This document shows, piece after piece, positions 37,746 through 50,010 of a DNA stretch of 64,000 nucleotides. Both the position numbers and the translations under genes were made by a program. Below the pieces are notes generated by a model. That model searched no databases, was not told the origin of the DNA, and saw only the letters and a program-made list of their open reading frames with translations. Positions within the stretch are counted from its first letter, which is position 1. Each line of letters opens with the position of its first letter. The DNA comes from Lama guanicoe (lineage: Eukaryota): positions 6,211,757-6,275,756 of the forward strand of contig MU054187.1 of the NCBI GenBank assembly GCA_013239625.1. The letters run 5' to 3'.

Positions 37746-38004
37746 AGCTGGTGTCGTTACTGTGACCCTGTTTACAAGACTCGATGGCCCAGGGCAGGTA
37801 ACGGTCCTCTGGTTGGATCTTCTCATGGCTGGTTCTAAATTTCTCCGTACATGGTTCTCTGGATATGTCCTTACATTACAATCTAGTTTAAGCCCAAATC
37901 CTCCTGGGAACCTTGTTCCTCTCCTCTGTACCACTGTTCACGGCTGTGGTTGGTTGATGCTTCTGACCCAGCTGAAAGATTCCAGGAAGCGGTGTGACTT
38001 GGCA

Positions 38005-38160
38005 CCATCCCACTCTGCCGCTTACTCACCATGTGGCCTCGGGCAGGTCACTCAATCTGGCGAATCCTCATGTTCTGCCATAGTATGGGGCATCACACTG
38101 AGCGTACAGGGCTGTGGTTAGACCCATGGAAAACGTTTATGTAAAGTCCTAGCGCTGAAG
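38005..38160 (+). mobile_element. MIR SINE
   Basis: ccactctgccgcttactcaccatgtggcctcgggcaggtcactcaatct. Confidence 0.7.
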
Positions 38161-38256
38161 CACCCAGTGAAGAATAATTTCCATGGCTCATGAAAACAAA
38201 GACACTGATTGTCAGATAGGCAATTTAACTATTACACAAAGCTAAGGTGCCCTGGA

Positions 38257-38397
38257 CTGGAACTACGTTCAGTATCTTTTAATAATCTATAATGAAAAAG
38301 AATATATACACATACCTTGTGTGTGTTACTGAATCACTATGCTATACACCAGAAACTAAGACAGCATTGTAAATCAACCCTACTTCAATTAAAAAAA
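38257..38397 (+). mobile_element. Short 5'-truncated artiodactyl/camelid L1 3' end
   Basis: ggaactacgttcagtatct...aatctataatgaaaaagaata...actgaatcactatgctatacaccagaaact...gtaaatcaac...acttcaattaaaaaaa. Confidence 0.85.
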
Positions 38398-40197
38398 TGC
38401 ATCTCCACGTCCCAGATGGTGGATGTGAGGAAAACGGGCATCCTAGAACTGATGAAACGTGGTAACTGCCTTTTGGTGAGTCCCTAAGTAAACGATCATA
38501 AAGGGAAAAAAAAAAATAAAAGCCAAACCAGAAGCTCAGAAAAGCCTCACCTTTTGGAAAAAGAACAAAGGAACTAAAGCGGTTCTGTTTTTCCTGTGAT
38601 TAAATTGGAACTCACAGCTGGGACAGCTCTCTTACCAACTCATGCCCAAAGAATTCAAGGAGAAAAAACGTCGTTGGAAATGCAGCTCAGCTCTGGAATA
38701 GGCGAAGGAATGGGAGCGGGGAAGTGCTCGCCCCTTTTCACTGATTGGCTGAAGTGGAAGCAGCGTCCTTGACTCCCAGGTGGTCTGAATGCGGAGCAGA
38801 GTCACCTTTGGTCTCCCCAGGTTCACTAAGTCCAGCTCCCCTGACTCCTCTTCCTGGGCATCTTACACAATAGATCCACTTGAAGGTGCCAATTGTAGGC
38901 AAGTGACTCACTTCTGAGACTCTGAAACACCAACCTGTTGGGTCTTGATGGAACTCGAGAGGTAACCTTAATAGTGGCCTTGCCTCTGAAATGCTCACGT
39001 TCCCACAGCATGATGGTGGCTCAGGTGGTGGCAGAATCAGGACTTTTGACTCCCTCTCCAGGGCGCATGTTGGCTCTCAGAGTTTCACAGACAGGGTTGG
39101 CCCTCTGTTAGAGGCTGGGGAGGGTCACTGGTGATGTGGCTGCTTGGACCCACAGCTGACCGACTGGATTAACAAGGGTGTGACTTCTTTTGGTGGGAGT
39201 TAAACTTTAATAGCTGTGACCTCTTGGCAGTTCTGTGGTTAATAGCCTCTACCTCATTTCTCAGGCTCTTCACTTGCAGCAGTCAAATGCCTGCTGGGCA
39301 TTTGCTACTTCCAGGCACAATGCTAACTAAGCAGTTTTCCATCAAGAATGGTCTCATCACTGCTCCCACTTTATAGACATTGGTTGAGCTGGAGTCGTTT
39401 GTCCAGTGTTAGGCAGCAAGTTTGAACTCTGACTAGAGACAGAATTGTCAACCCAGTGCTTTAGAACCTCCCTTGATTGATTACCTCCCCTGAGCAGACA
39501 GAAGCCATCAGATGGGAACACGCTCCGTTTCCCTCCACTAAACTCTCAAACCCACCTACACCTGCACCGTATTCCTTTGTGCCTGCCTCCTTAAGGACCT
39601 CACTCCATGACTATCCTCTTTCCCCTGTATTTTCAACCTCTTGTCTGCTTACTGACTCCTTTCCTCTCACTTAAGCATCTTCCGTGTGAAAAAAAGAAAT
39701 GTAATGCCCCCCTATCCACTGCCTTGATCACGCCTCCCTGCCCAGGCGCAGGTGGTTCCACACGCCCTGGTCAGTTCCGCACCTGGCCTCATCACCCATC
39801 TCTGCCGTCAGCACCCATTTAGATGTGGTCTGTCCAAGGTCACATGGCCTCCATGCTGCTAAATCCAGCAAGAGCACCTTAGTCCTTACCTTCGTGACCC
39901 ATTTGAGCATCTGACAGTGTTCCCCACTCCCTTCTTTTAGAAACCCTTCCTTCGGCTTCTCTGGTGCACCTCCAAAGTAGGCGTTGTTCTGGGCTACGTA
40001 TCTTCTGATCCTCCTCCTTTGGAAAAAAAAAAACCCTCTTTTCCTTTTGGAAACTCCCCTATCTTATCTGCGGGTCTGTCCGTGAAAAGTCTGGTCTCCC
40101 TCAGCCACCCCACGACCTGCCCTGAGCTGCTCAAATAGCGAGTCAGAAAGAACCGTTGTCTTCTGCTTGCTGCTTCCACACGGAGGGATTTTCAGGA

Positions 40198-40290
40198 GTA
40201 GTGGTCCCCAAAGTGTGGTCCCTGGACAAGGGGTGTCAGCATCCCTTGGGAACATGTTAGAAAGCCCATTTTTGCTGAACACCTAAGTCA
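40198..40290. mobile_element. MER5A fragment
   Basis: agtggtccccaaagtgtggtccctggac...tcagcatcccttgggaacatgttagaaa. Confidence 0.78.
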
Positions 40291-40419
40291 TGTCTGTTTC
40301 CTCCCTTCTCCCCACCTCCACTTGAAATCTCACATGTGGACTCTACTTATCTGGCTCTTGCGTTCATCTCTCAATTGATCCTCAATTTGGAGGGGAGACT
40401 TATTGCCCTGGACCCTGTA

Positions 40420-40755
40420 ATTGGTTTAGGGTTGGCAAGAGATGGGAGAAGAGCTCTTCTGCAGAGATAATATCAACTGTCTTGGCCATCGCATCCATAG
40501 AACATTTCTGAGACTAAAGCCAACCTGAGGGAAGCTGAGCTGTGAGATGGAGAGAGAAAGGAAGGGGTGGAAGGGAGGAGGGGTTGGTGAAGAGAGAGAG
40601 AGAGAGAGATGACATCGCTCCAGACTCCTCAGGTGTGCCTGAAATATGCTACATGGTCCACCCCTCATCTTTTTAGTTATGGTGAACTAGTAAATCCCCA
40701 CTTATGGTCAAGTTGGTTTGCATCCAGTTTCTGTTCCTCAGAACAGAGTCAGTTT
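40420..40755 (+). mobile_element. Old MaLR LTR fragment (MLT1I/J-like)
   Basis: agctgagctgtgagatggagagag...gtgcctgaa...agtaaatcccc...aagttggtttgcatccagtttctgt. Confidence 0.55.
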
Positions 40756-40756
40756 G

Positions 40757-41005
40757 GCATAAACGGGTGAGAACATGGGCTCTGGAGGCAGTCACCTGAG
40801 TTAGAATCCTTGCTCCGCCATTTACCAGCGGTGTGACCTTGGGTAAGTTCCTTAGTCTCTCCCCGCCCACCTTGCCTCATCTGTATATAAGGATACTAAC
40901 ATAATAATGCCTCATGGAGTCTTGTAAGAATTAAATGAGTTAATATTTGCTGTCTTCTTAGAACGATACCTTCTACGTGGAAAGTTCTTAATAAATGCTG
41001 GCTGA
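40757..41005 (+). mobile_element. MIR SINE, near full length
   Basis: gagaacatgggctctggagg...tgtgaccttgggtaagttcctta...gtaagaattaaatgagttaata...aataaatgctggct. Confidence 0.9.
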
Positions 41006-41271
41006 GATGAATACAACTGTATTCTTAGTTTTTCTCCTGCCTTGCTGGTCACCCTTTCTCAGAATGCTTTGAGACTCTTCCTGTTCATCACTATGTTGGT
41101 GGATCTTCAAGTTTCTGTCGTGGACTTTCTCTTTGTCACTGTGTACTTTCCCGTGGCGTCAGCTGCTACTGATGGGTTAATAATTGCCAAATTGTATCTC
41201 CAGGCCTGACCTCTGTCTTGTGGTCCAGATCCAAACATCCAATTGCTTGTTCTCTATCTCCAAGTAGATAC

Positions 41272-42550
41272 TGTATTATTTTTCAAATACTGCACCACAA
41301 ATTAATACACACTTAGTGCCTTCAGCCGACACACATTTATTATCTCATGATTTTCATGGCCAGGAATCAGGCATGGCTTAGCTGGGTCCTTTACTCAGAG
41401 TCTTCCAAGGCTGGAATCAAAGTGTTGGTTGGACTGTGCTCTCATGTGGAGGTTTAGCTGAGGGAAGAATCCAGTTCGAAGCTCACTCAGGTTGTTGGCC
41501 GAATTAATTTCCATGAACCCTCCTATGCTGTTGATGGGAATGTAAATTGTTGCAACCACTGTGGAAAACAGTACAAAAGTTCCCTAAAAAACTAAATAGA
41601 GCTACCATGTGATCCAGCAGTCCCACTCTGGGGCATATATCTAGAAAAGATGTGAACTCTAATTTGAAAAGGTACACGCACCCAATGTTCATGGCAGGAC
41701 TATTTACAATAGCTGAGACATGGAAACAACCCAAATGCCCATCAACAGATGATTGATTTAAGAATATGTGGTGTACACACACACACACACACATGCACGC
41801 ACACACACACAATGGACTACTACTTAGCCAGTAAAAATATGAAATATTGCCATTTGCAGCAACATGAATGCACTTAGAGTATCATACTGAATGAAGTCAA
41901 AGACAAACATTATATGATTTCACTTATATGTGGAATCTAAAGAATAATACACACGAATCTATACGCAAAACAGAAACATACTCATAGATGTAGAAAATAA
42001 GCTTACAGTTACCAAAGGGGAAAACGGGGAAGAGATAAATCAGGAGTTTGGCGTTAGCAGATACAAACTACCATACACAAAAATACACACACAACAAAGA
42101 TTTACTCTATAGCACCAGGGACTGTATCTAATATTTTGTAATAACCTATAATGGAAAATAATCAGAAATACATATATACAACTGAATCACTATGCTGTAC
42201 ACCTGAAACTAACACAATATTGTAAACCAACTATACGTCAATTTAAAGAAAGAATTAGTTTCTGTGGGGCTCTATGACTGAGGGTCGCCCGTCCTCAGGT
42301 TCTCGAGGCTGCTCCGCACCACCTGGGCTTCCCCACCTGGCTGCTCATTTCATCCAGCCCACAGGACAGTCTCTAGCTCCAGGCAGTGAAGAGAGTCTTC
42401 TATAACCTAGTGTAATCACAGGAGTGACGTCCCATCCCCTTGGCTGGAAGGAAGTCACAGGTCCTACCCCACCCAAGGGGGGTGGGGTTCCACAAGGGCA
42501 TGCACTCCAGAAGGCCGGATCATGGGTCACTCTAGCGTCTGAGTGCCACA
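41272..42550 (-). mobile_element. MaLR LTR (MLT1D-like) interrupted by an L1
   Basis: 5' part (catttattatctca...ggcatggcttagctgggtcct...aagctcactcaggttgttggc) and 3' part (gtgtaatcacaggagtgac...aagtcacaggtcctacc...gccaca) are colinear across the L1. Confidence 0.85.
41512..42251 (+). mobile_element. Artiodactyl/camelid L1, 5'-truncated, with TSD
   Basis: ORF2-end and 3' UTR strings (gggaatgtaaattg...gatccagcagtcccactctggg...tcacttatatgtggaatcta...actgaatcactatgctgtacacctgaaac). TSD gaattaatttc (41501-41511) / gaattagtttc (42252-42262). Confidence 0.93.
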
Positions 42551-43930
42551 GATGTCCTGAAGCACTGTCAGCATGTCCTAGGCAGGCACGTCACCTCCTG
42601 ACCACCCTACTCTTCTTCCATCTTTTCTGACCAAGAGGTCATCCTTGATTCCTTCTCCTGACCAGCCCCTCAAACAACCAGCCATCGAGCCTGGTCGATT
42701 TGCCTCCTGAGCGCCACTGGAGTCCTCCATTCTCTCCAGGGTGTCACCACACAGCCTCTTGCCGCCACCATTCTTTTCTGTCTATGAGAGTCATAGCCCA
42801 GTGTCTGAAGCGTGGTTCTGATCACATTGTGCCTGTCTGGAAACCCTTTAATAACTTCCCACTCACCTGCGGATGAGGCCCATGTTCCTTCACAGGCCCG
42901 TCAGACCCTGTCACCCGGCTTCCCTCCCCTCTCCACCTTTTCTCCCTTCTGGCCTTTGCACTCTGTCCCTTTCATCTGGAACCCTCTCTCCTTCCCTCTG
43001 TTCTGAGCCCTTCTCCTCCATCAGGACTCAACTTCCATGTCCTGTCCTTTGGGAGGTCTTTCCTGGCTGCCCAACCAGAGTCCCTCCCCAGCCCCCACCC
43101 TCCCTGGTCACACCCTGGACTCCCACGTGCACGACACCCCCCACACCATGTGGGCGTTTCTTGCTCACTTGTCCTGATTCTCCTCTAAACTGTAAGCTCT
43201 GTGAGGCGGGGGGATGTCCTCGGTGGCTGGCACCATGCTTTCAACACTGTGAGCCCCCAGATAACTGCCAAGTGCATCAAATGACAGATGAAGGCTTGGA
43301 TCTCAGCCTACACCCTTAAAAATCCTCCCAGCCTTCCTTCGCGGCGACATCCAGCTTTCAGTCTTGATGGGCTCTGTTCCAGTTGGCAGACCATTTTAAA
43401 TCGAAAGTAATATATTAATAGACGCACCTTTGTTTCGGGTCATGTTTCTTTCCTATTATGGCCAGTCCAGTCTCAAGACATTTCCCTGCTACTGACATAC
43501 TCCAGTGACATGCACGCCGTGATGTCACCTATTTCCTCCTTATGTGATGTATGTCCTTTAGCTGTGTCATTGGAATTTTGTAAAAATAGCCGGCCAACTG
43601 CAGGACATATAGTTCTATAAACTCGCTGGGAACAGGCTGCCCCAGCCCCCTATGGAGGGGCCCACACCTGCTCCTGGGACATTCCAGGATGTGCTCTCGT
43701 CCACTGGAAACAGAAGGAGCATTTGTTCCCTGGGCCCACTTTGTAGACAGCTGAGGCAGGGCCCCATCCAGCCAGGTCGGCCTGTTCCTGGGCGCTGGGT
43801 CTCTTTTCACACAAGCAGTTGAGCTTAATTGACAGGTGTGAAGTACGCCCTTCCTCGCCCATCTCTGTTCACTGCTGCCTAGATGGGTGAGGCAGACTCT
43901 CTTGGGAGCTCAATTAGCATGTTATGGGGG

Positions 43931-44105
43931 GTGTGTGTGTGTGTTTGAGAGAGAGAGCAAGAGAGAAGGGGAGAGAAAGGAAGAGCAAAACTCAAACGGA
44001 GAGAGGGATGGAGAGAGAGAAACTCAGAGCGAAAAGGAGAAACAGAGAAATAGACGGAAACAAGGAAGAAGAGCCACAGGGAGCTGGAAGGAGAGAGACA
44101 GGCAG
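43931..44105. repeat. (GT)n followed by GA-rich low-complexity tract
   Basis: Read directly. Confidence 0.8.
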
Positions 44106-45196
44106 ATGAGAGGGCCTGGGAGTGTGTGCAGACGGCACCGCTGGTGGCCTTTTAGTTGGGTTAAGTGCACACAAATGGAAAACGGGATGGTGTAGAATGT
44201 CGGTCCCATCTGGAGGACCATGTGTGAAATAAGGGCAAAGTGAGCATCTGCATGGTCGTTAGTATGTTCCTAATGGGCTGGGACGGGATTCGGCGGGGGG
44301 GCGGTGGGCTGCGGCAGGTTACGCCAGGAGACCGTTTCCATGGCAGGAGGCTCCATTCGCCGTCCTAGTTGGCTGTCTTGTCCACACGAGGCTGGGGAGG
44401 TGGTGGAGTGCCCACCACGTTGTTTTCCGGGGGCTGAGATGTGAGGGCTTGTCCTGCACTGTGCCCGTGTTTGTTAGATAGTATTACTGTTGTTAGATGC
44501 TGAGTGAGTCTAAGGTATATGTAAGGTATGTGAATGAATATTCAGCAGACAGTCAGCGAGACGAGGAGACAAGCATGGGAAGGGAGCTGGGGGGAGGGGG
44601 AGAGGAGTAGACAAGCTACTGTGATACTGAATGTGATACAGGAAGTCCCACAAGAGAATTCCAGCACCAAACTCCGGGGTCCAATAGAGAAAAGTATAGG
44701 AAAAGACTTAATTAAAACACTGATTTTTGAAAAGTTTATGAAATTCCTTCATTCAAAGGATATTGAGTCTTTACCCTTTGCCAAGTCCATGTGAGAGATG
44801 CCAGGAACACAGTGGTGACTAAAACACAGTCAAGGTATCCAGGAAATGATCCTGGGGGGAAGTTTCCAACTGGAATTGGTTGGGAAGGGCATTTCGAAAG
44901 GAGGAAACGGGTGAGCAAAGACATAGGGATAAAAAAAAATGTAACCAAGCTTTGTGAAGCATCCGGAAATCTTCTGTGGCTGGTATGAGGTTTGTAGAGT
45001 GATGGAAGGTGAATCCAGAAAAGACGTTTAGGGCCATATTTGGGCAGTTTTCAGTTATTGACCATCTGTCATTAATTTGAAAGGCAATGGGGAACCATCG
45101 GAGGGCAATGCCATGATTACAGCCACACAAAGTCCACTCTCAAGCACAAATTCACATTAGTACTACTTATTTTAGCTAGTTAACAGATTATGTTCT

Positions 45197-45340
45197 TTAA
45201 AAAAATTTTTAAAGTTCATTTATTTATTTTAAATATTATTTATTTACTTATTTATTTTAATGGAGGTACTGGGGATTGAACGCAGAACCCTATGCATTCT
45301 AAGCACATGCTCTACCACTAAGGTATACCCTTCCCTCTAG
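45197..45340 (-). mobile_element. tRNA-derived camelid SINE (Vic-1-like)
   Basis: Reverse complement reads gggaagggtataccttagtggtagagcatgtgcttagaatgc...gttcaatccccagtacctccattaaaataaata. TSD agattatgttct (45185-45196) / agattctgttct (45341-45352). Confidence 0.85.
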
Positions 45341-45433
45341 AGATTCTGTTCTAAATGTAGACGATAGGCTATCCCAGGAAAGACTTCCTCAAAACTTTTT
45401 CAGGGCATGAACACGTATATTCAGAGTCTTTGA

Positions 45434-45606
45434 GGGAGGAGGATACAGCTCAGTGGTGGAGTGTGTGCTTAGCTTGCACGACGTTCCAGGTTCAATGCCC
45501 AATGTACCAACATTATAAAGAAACAAGTAGATAAACCTAATTACTCCCCCTCAAAAAAACCCTTAAAAATAAAATAAATAATTAAAAAAAAACTTAAAAA
45601 CACCAA
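45434..45606 (+). mobile_element. tRNA-derived camelid SINE (Vic-1-like)
   Basis: A box cagctcagtggtggag, B box ggttcaatgccc, aaacctaattactcccc, A-rich tail. TSD agtctttgaggg (45425-45436 / 45607-45618). Confidence 0.88.
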
Positions 45607-47265
45607 AGTCTTTGAGGGTAACATGAAGTCAGATTTAATAAACCAGCCACATCTTGTACTTTTCATAGATTCAGTATAGTACACACACGCGTGTGCGTGT
45701 GCACGTGCACGCAGATTAATAAGCTACATTTTAAAGTCAGTTCTACATTTGGAGATATTTATATGTGTCACTTTCTCTTTCAGTTCCAAAATTTAATGTG
45801 TCAATATATAACATTTAAGAATAAAATGTATATGGCAGGGTAATTGTGCAAGAATTAAAATATATGCCAACAGAACGTTGTCAGGTTTTATTTTGTGACA
45901 TTTGGGGCCCCTTTCTTTGCAGTGTTTCTTTGTGGTAAAAAGAGGTACATTAAAGATCATTGCAAATCAAAGCGATGCTTTCAGTTTCTGAAATGAACGC
46001 TAGCTTGTCTTTTTCCACTTTTCATACATTTGCATAGATGTCAACTGAATTCTGAATTATTTTAAGAGTAATGTTTAATACAAAGTTATGATCACCCGCA
46101 TACCACAAAATTGCTTTGCCCCTCTCTTCCTCACCTCACCCCCCACTGCCCTTTCCTTCACCCTCTCTGAGCATGGCTCCCCCAGAAGATTTCACAGGAG
46201 CTTAAAGAGATGGAATTAGAGCCTGAAAAGCCAGCCAACAGCTGCCAAACAGAACTTGCAGGTAGAAACTGACCCTTCCATGTGAATTTGTTGTTCAGTT
46301 GCAATTCTGCTGACAGTTGGAGAAATGTAAACACATCAGGTGTTTCCCAGGGAAATGCCTGCAGTACCTCCTGGTAGGATCCGGGTGGGTCAGGCGTGTA
46401 TTCTTCTAGGATAGAAGATCTGCTGTTGGCTTCAGCCTACGTGAGACAGCCTTCAGCACTGTGGCAGGCTGGCCACCCTCTGGGCCCTCCCCCGTCTTCT
46501 TCAGCTTCATTTATGGGTGGTCACATTGGTCCAGGGGTGCGTTTGATTCGTATTGGCTGCCTGCTGCCAGACACCACTCAGGTTTGCAAGAACAGCCAGC
46601 TCTGCTTGCAGTGGGTTACTAACCACAACTGTCACCAACTTGAAAGGAAATAATACCCCGGGGAAGGCGGGGTCTTGGTTTGGTCTGTTTTGTTGTCTGT
46701 TATTTTTAATTCCAAGTTAATAGCACAGATCAAGCCCACAGTGAAATCACACATCTGCCTGGGGTTTGGGTAGTGATTCACAATATGTTTTTATTCATTA
46801 TTGCTTTAATTATGGCTCAGACTTCTTTTGAATCGCTCCCAAGTAACAGGTGGTTTTCTGACCGTGATAAATGCTCAATGCTGTTGAGGATGAGGCAGAT
46901 AGGCATTGTTTGCCTGGCTGCGGTTACACCTGGACCCCAGGCAGCATCTGAATTAGCAGCCTGCAACAGATTGGAGTTCCTGGGGGACTCCACTTAACTC
47001 TTGATTCTCCCAAGCCTGTTTTCAATGCACTGTGGTGGGGGGCTCCCCGTTACGCCCAGGGGCACCACACATGTACTTTTTGTATCCTGGGAGGTAGTGG
47101 GAGGGTTCAGGGTAGGTCAAAAAGTTAATATGTCAATGTTCTGAAGGCTGATGGGAGTAAGAACTTAGTGTGATATTAAAGGTGATTTGAATTTAGATTT
47201 TTTAGAATAAAAGCATTCTTTTATATATCTGCAATAGATGATAACAATTAAATAAGTCACACATG

Positions 47266-47480
47266 AATCATAGAAATTAGAGCGAGGGCAAAGACCTATT
47301 AGATCATCTAGCCAATTCCCCAGCTAACACAGAATTATTCCCCACAGTATTTTCGGGAGAGCTTTGTACAGTCTCTTTTGCAAGACTTGAGCAATTGGGG
47401 CCTTCAATTATTTCCTTGGGGAGACACTTTCCCTTATAAAAGGCCACAGTGTTTTTCTCCTTAGCCTGATAGTCAAGCTA
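47266..47480 (-). mobile_element. L3/CR1 LINE 3' fragment
   Basis: aatcatagaaattagag...gacctattagatcatctagcc...attattccccacagtat...gctttgtacagtct...tggggccttc...ttccttggggagac matches the reverse CR1/L3 3' end as I recall it. Confidence 0.7.
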
Positions 47481-48607
47481 AAAAAAAAAAAGTCTATGTT
47501 CCCTGCAAAATCATCTGCACCATGAGACTGTGTGGAATTATGTCTGCAAGTCTTCCAGAAAACTGTGCATGCACTTGGCATTCTTCTGGGTGCACTCATG
47601 TCTGGTTTTTATGCTTAAATTTGCATATTCTGTGGAAGGGGTGGTTCAGAAATATCCATTGGAAACCCGCCCCCTCAGCCCCCACTGTTTCCAGTATCAC
47701 CATCACAGACCAGGCAGAGGTAACATGGAACCCCTTCCTTACTTTGAAATGAGGGGGAAAAGATGTTTTTGAATAAATATGCTCAGACTATCCGTGTTTC
47801 AGGGTAAAGACTACTCAGTCATCCAGGAAATAGCAACTGCTTAGAATTCCTCTCTCTTGGGAACAAACCGGTATTGTCTTTCCGGGGCTGTTTGTATTGG
47901 AGAGGGACCGATGCTGTGCCCACATGCCCCGGGGCTCCGGGGTGGACACCTCCCGCTCCAGATTCTCTGTAATCCTGGGCTGGGAGCCGCTGATCCAGCA
48001 CCCCTGGGGCGGCACACACAAAGCTGCCCGCAAAGCTGCCCTGGTCCATGTCCCAGGGTCCTTAAAGGGCAGCTTGCAGTCTGAGGTAAGATTTTGTGTT
48101 TGGAGAGTTAGAAACACTAGGAGGGAGAAACTGCATAGATTTCCAGAACTCAGGAATGCTGCGATGGGGACACCTTCTCCTGTCCCTGCCCCTTACCCTT
48201 TGTTAGAGTCTGGTCTGGTCAGTGAGCCAAGAAATGGGGAACAAAGGCTCAAGCCTCCCCCACCTTGGGGGATACAGACAGGTAAGGAGGAGGCAGGTGT
48301 GGGATGAATCTCAGAGCCCTGAGGTGAAGGTAAGAAAGAGGCAGGCAGGGGAGGCCATGGACACCGGAGAGGGCGAGCCTGCACCATGCAAGCCTGGGTG
48401 TAGGAAAGAGTTCCCGGCGAAGCAGAAGTTGAAGGACAGACACGGGGAAGGTGGGGGGAGATGCCAGCAAGGCCAGAAAGAGTGGAGGCCACAGCAGAGA
48501 GGCATGGAGAGTAGCAGCCGGGGGGCGAGGGTGGTGGGGCTGGCGGGGGGGCGGGAGGGCCTGCCTGCTGCTGCGCCAGCTTCAGCAGTGCCTACAGGGG
48601 GCTTGCG

Positions 48608-48705
48608 GTCCTCATTCTGCAGACGAGGACACTGTGGTTCAGAGAAGCCGGGTGCTTCTTCCAAGGTCACACAGCCCAGGGGCAGAGCTGGGATTCTGAC
48701 CCACT
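48608..48705 (-). mobile_element. MIR core fragment
   Basis: cctcattctgcagacgaggacactgtggttcagagaag...ccaaggtcacacagc...agagctgggatt. Confidence 0.85.
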
Positions 48706-49737
48706 GATCATACTGTCTTGGGAAGGCAAGGCAGCTGGAGTACAAGTTCAGGATGGGAGTCTTTGCGACCTCCGGAGGGAGCAGGTAGCCATGGGAGCTG
48801 CAGTGCCCCCGGAAGCGCCAAAGGTGACCAGAACCCTTTGGTGTCTGCCTGGAAGGGACAGAGGTAGGAAGAGAAGAAAGAAGTTCCTTCTGCAGTTTAT
48901 CAACTCCTGTAATTCCGCAGAATGACTCACATGGAAGCAAAACAAGGGCCTTCTACAGACTGGCCACTCTGACCAGGGCTGAGTCAGCTGAGCTGGTGGC
49001 CGTGGCCAAAATGAACACGTAGCTTTGTGGTCATGGCTTTCTAAGAGGCACGTGATGTATGGGGAAGCTGCCGGGAGCCGTCCCTAATCAGAGCTCGGGG
49101 AGGAGGAGGCAGACAGAGGTGGTGGCAGGAGCTGGAGCGGTGGGCGTGGGTAGATGCGCGTAATTAAGTGCGGTGGTCCTTCTGCTAGAATGACCCTCCC
49201 AGGCCTCATCCCTTCCTCAGCCGGGCCTGGCAGGGTTTTGGTCTGATTGTCGAGGTTGTGAGAAGTGCGTGTTCTCCTCTCCCAGAGACTGGCCAGCCCA
49301 TGAATTCACAGGTTCCACCCTCTCCTGGTCCCAGGTGCTGTGTCGCTGCGTCTGCTCCTTGCTGTGTGCTTGTCATAACTCAGAAGGTTCCAGGCGGTGC
49401 TTTGGGTTGTCCTTCAGTCTGGACGTGATCTTCCATCAGGAGGAGCCAGTTGCGGCCACCTCTCAACCGTGCTCTACTATTCAGACTTACTAGGAATAAA
49501 GTTGCTATGTTGAACAACTGCGTCTACTTTGAATTGGTTCTGAACTCAAAGATGTCCCAGAGTGGTGATTATCATTGCTAAGATGCTAACGCTACAGATG
49601 GAATACTAGCATTTGAGACAGAGGTCAAGTGAGGACTAGGGTTGGATTTGGGGGGAATTGCTTCCCAAGAATAAGACAGACATGTTAGATGATAAGCTGA
49701 GAAGCAGGACAAGCTCAGTTGTTTAACAGTAAGATTT

Positions 49738-50010
49738 TTGGTTAAATGAATTACGGTATATTGATATGATAAAACATGATGACATTAGAAATGATGAAAA
49801 GTGTATCTAGAATGTCTAAAATATTCACTCTATTAGAGGCCAAAGCAGATTATAAAACAGTATAAACTGCATTTTTGGTTAAAACATGCACACATTAGAA
49901 AAACATCTGGAAAAATATAACCTAAAATATAAAAACATGTCATCTCTGGGAGAAGGATTATGTGTAATTTTTTTGGATTTGTTATGTTAATTTTTTTCCC
50001 TAAAATTTAT
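49738..50010 (+). mobile_element. Very old L1ME-like 3' fragment
   Basis: ggttaaatgaattacggtatatt...aaagcagattataaaacagtat...ctggaaaaatata...atctctggg. Confidence 0.6.

Larger units (their letters stand above)
39470..43295 (+). mobile_element. Long L2 remnant split by MER5A, MLT1, MIR, MLT1D and L1 insertions
   Basis: L2 pieces at ~39470-39980 (tttgagcatctgacagtg...cactcccttcttttagaaac), ~41020-41270 and ~42551-43295 (3' end ctaaactgtaagctctgtgaggcggggg). Confidence 0.65.

Noticed and set aside
45434..45510. tRNA-like A/B boxes as a tRNA gene
   Set aside because: Followed by a SINE body, A-rich tail and TSD, so this is a SINE head and not a tRNA.
48311..48940. 209-aa minus-strand ORF
   Set aside because: It runs through a MIR fragment and a G-rich tract; no recognisable homology.
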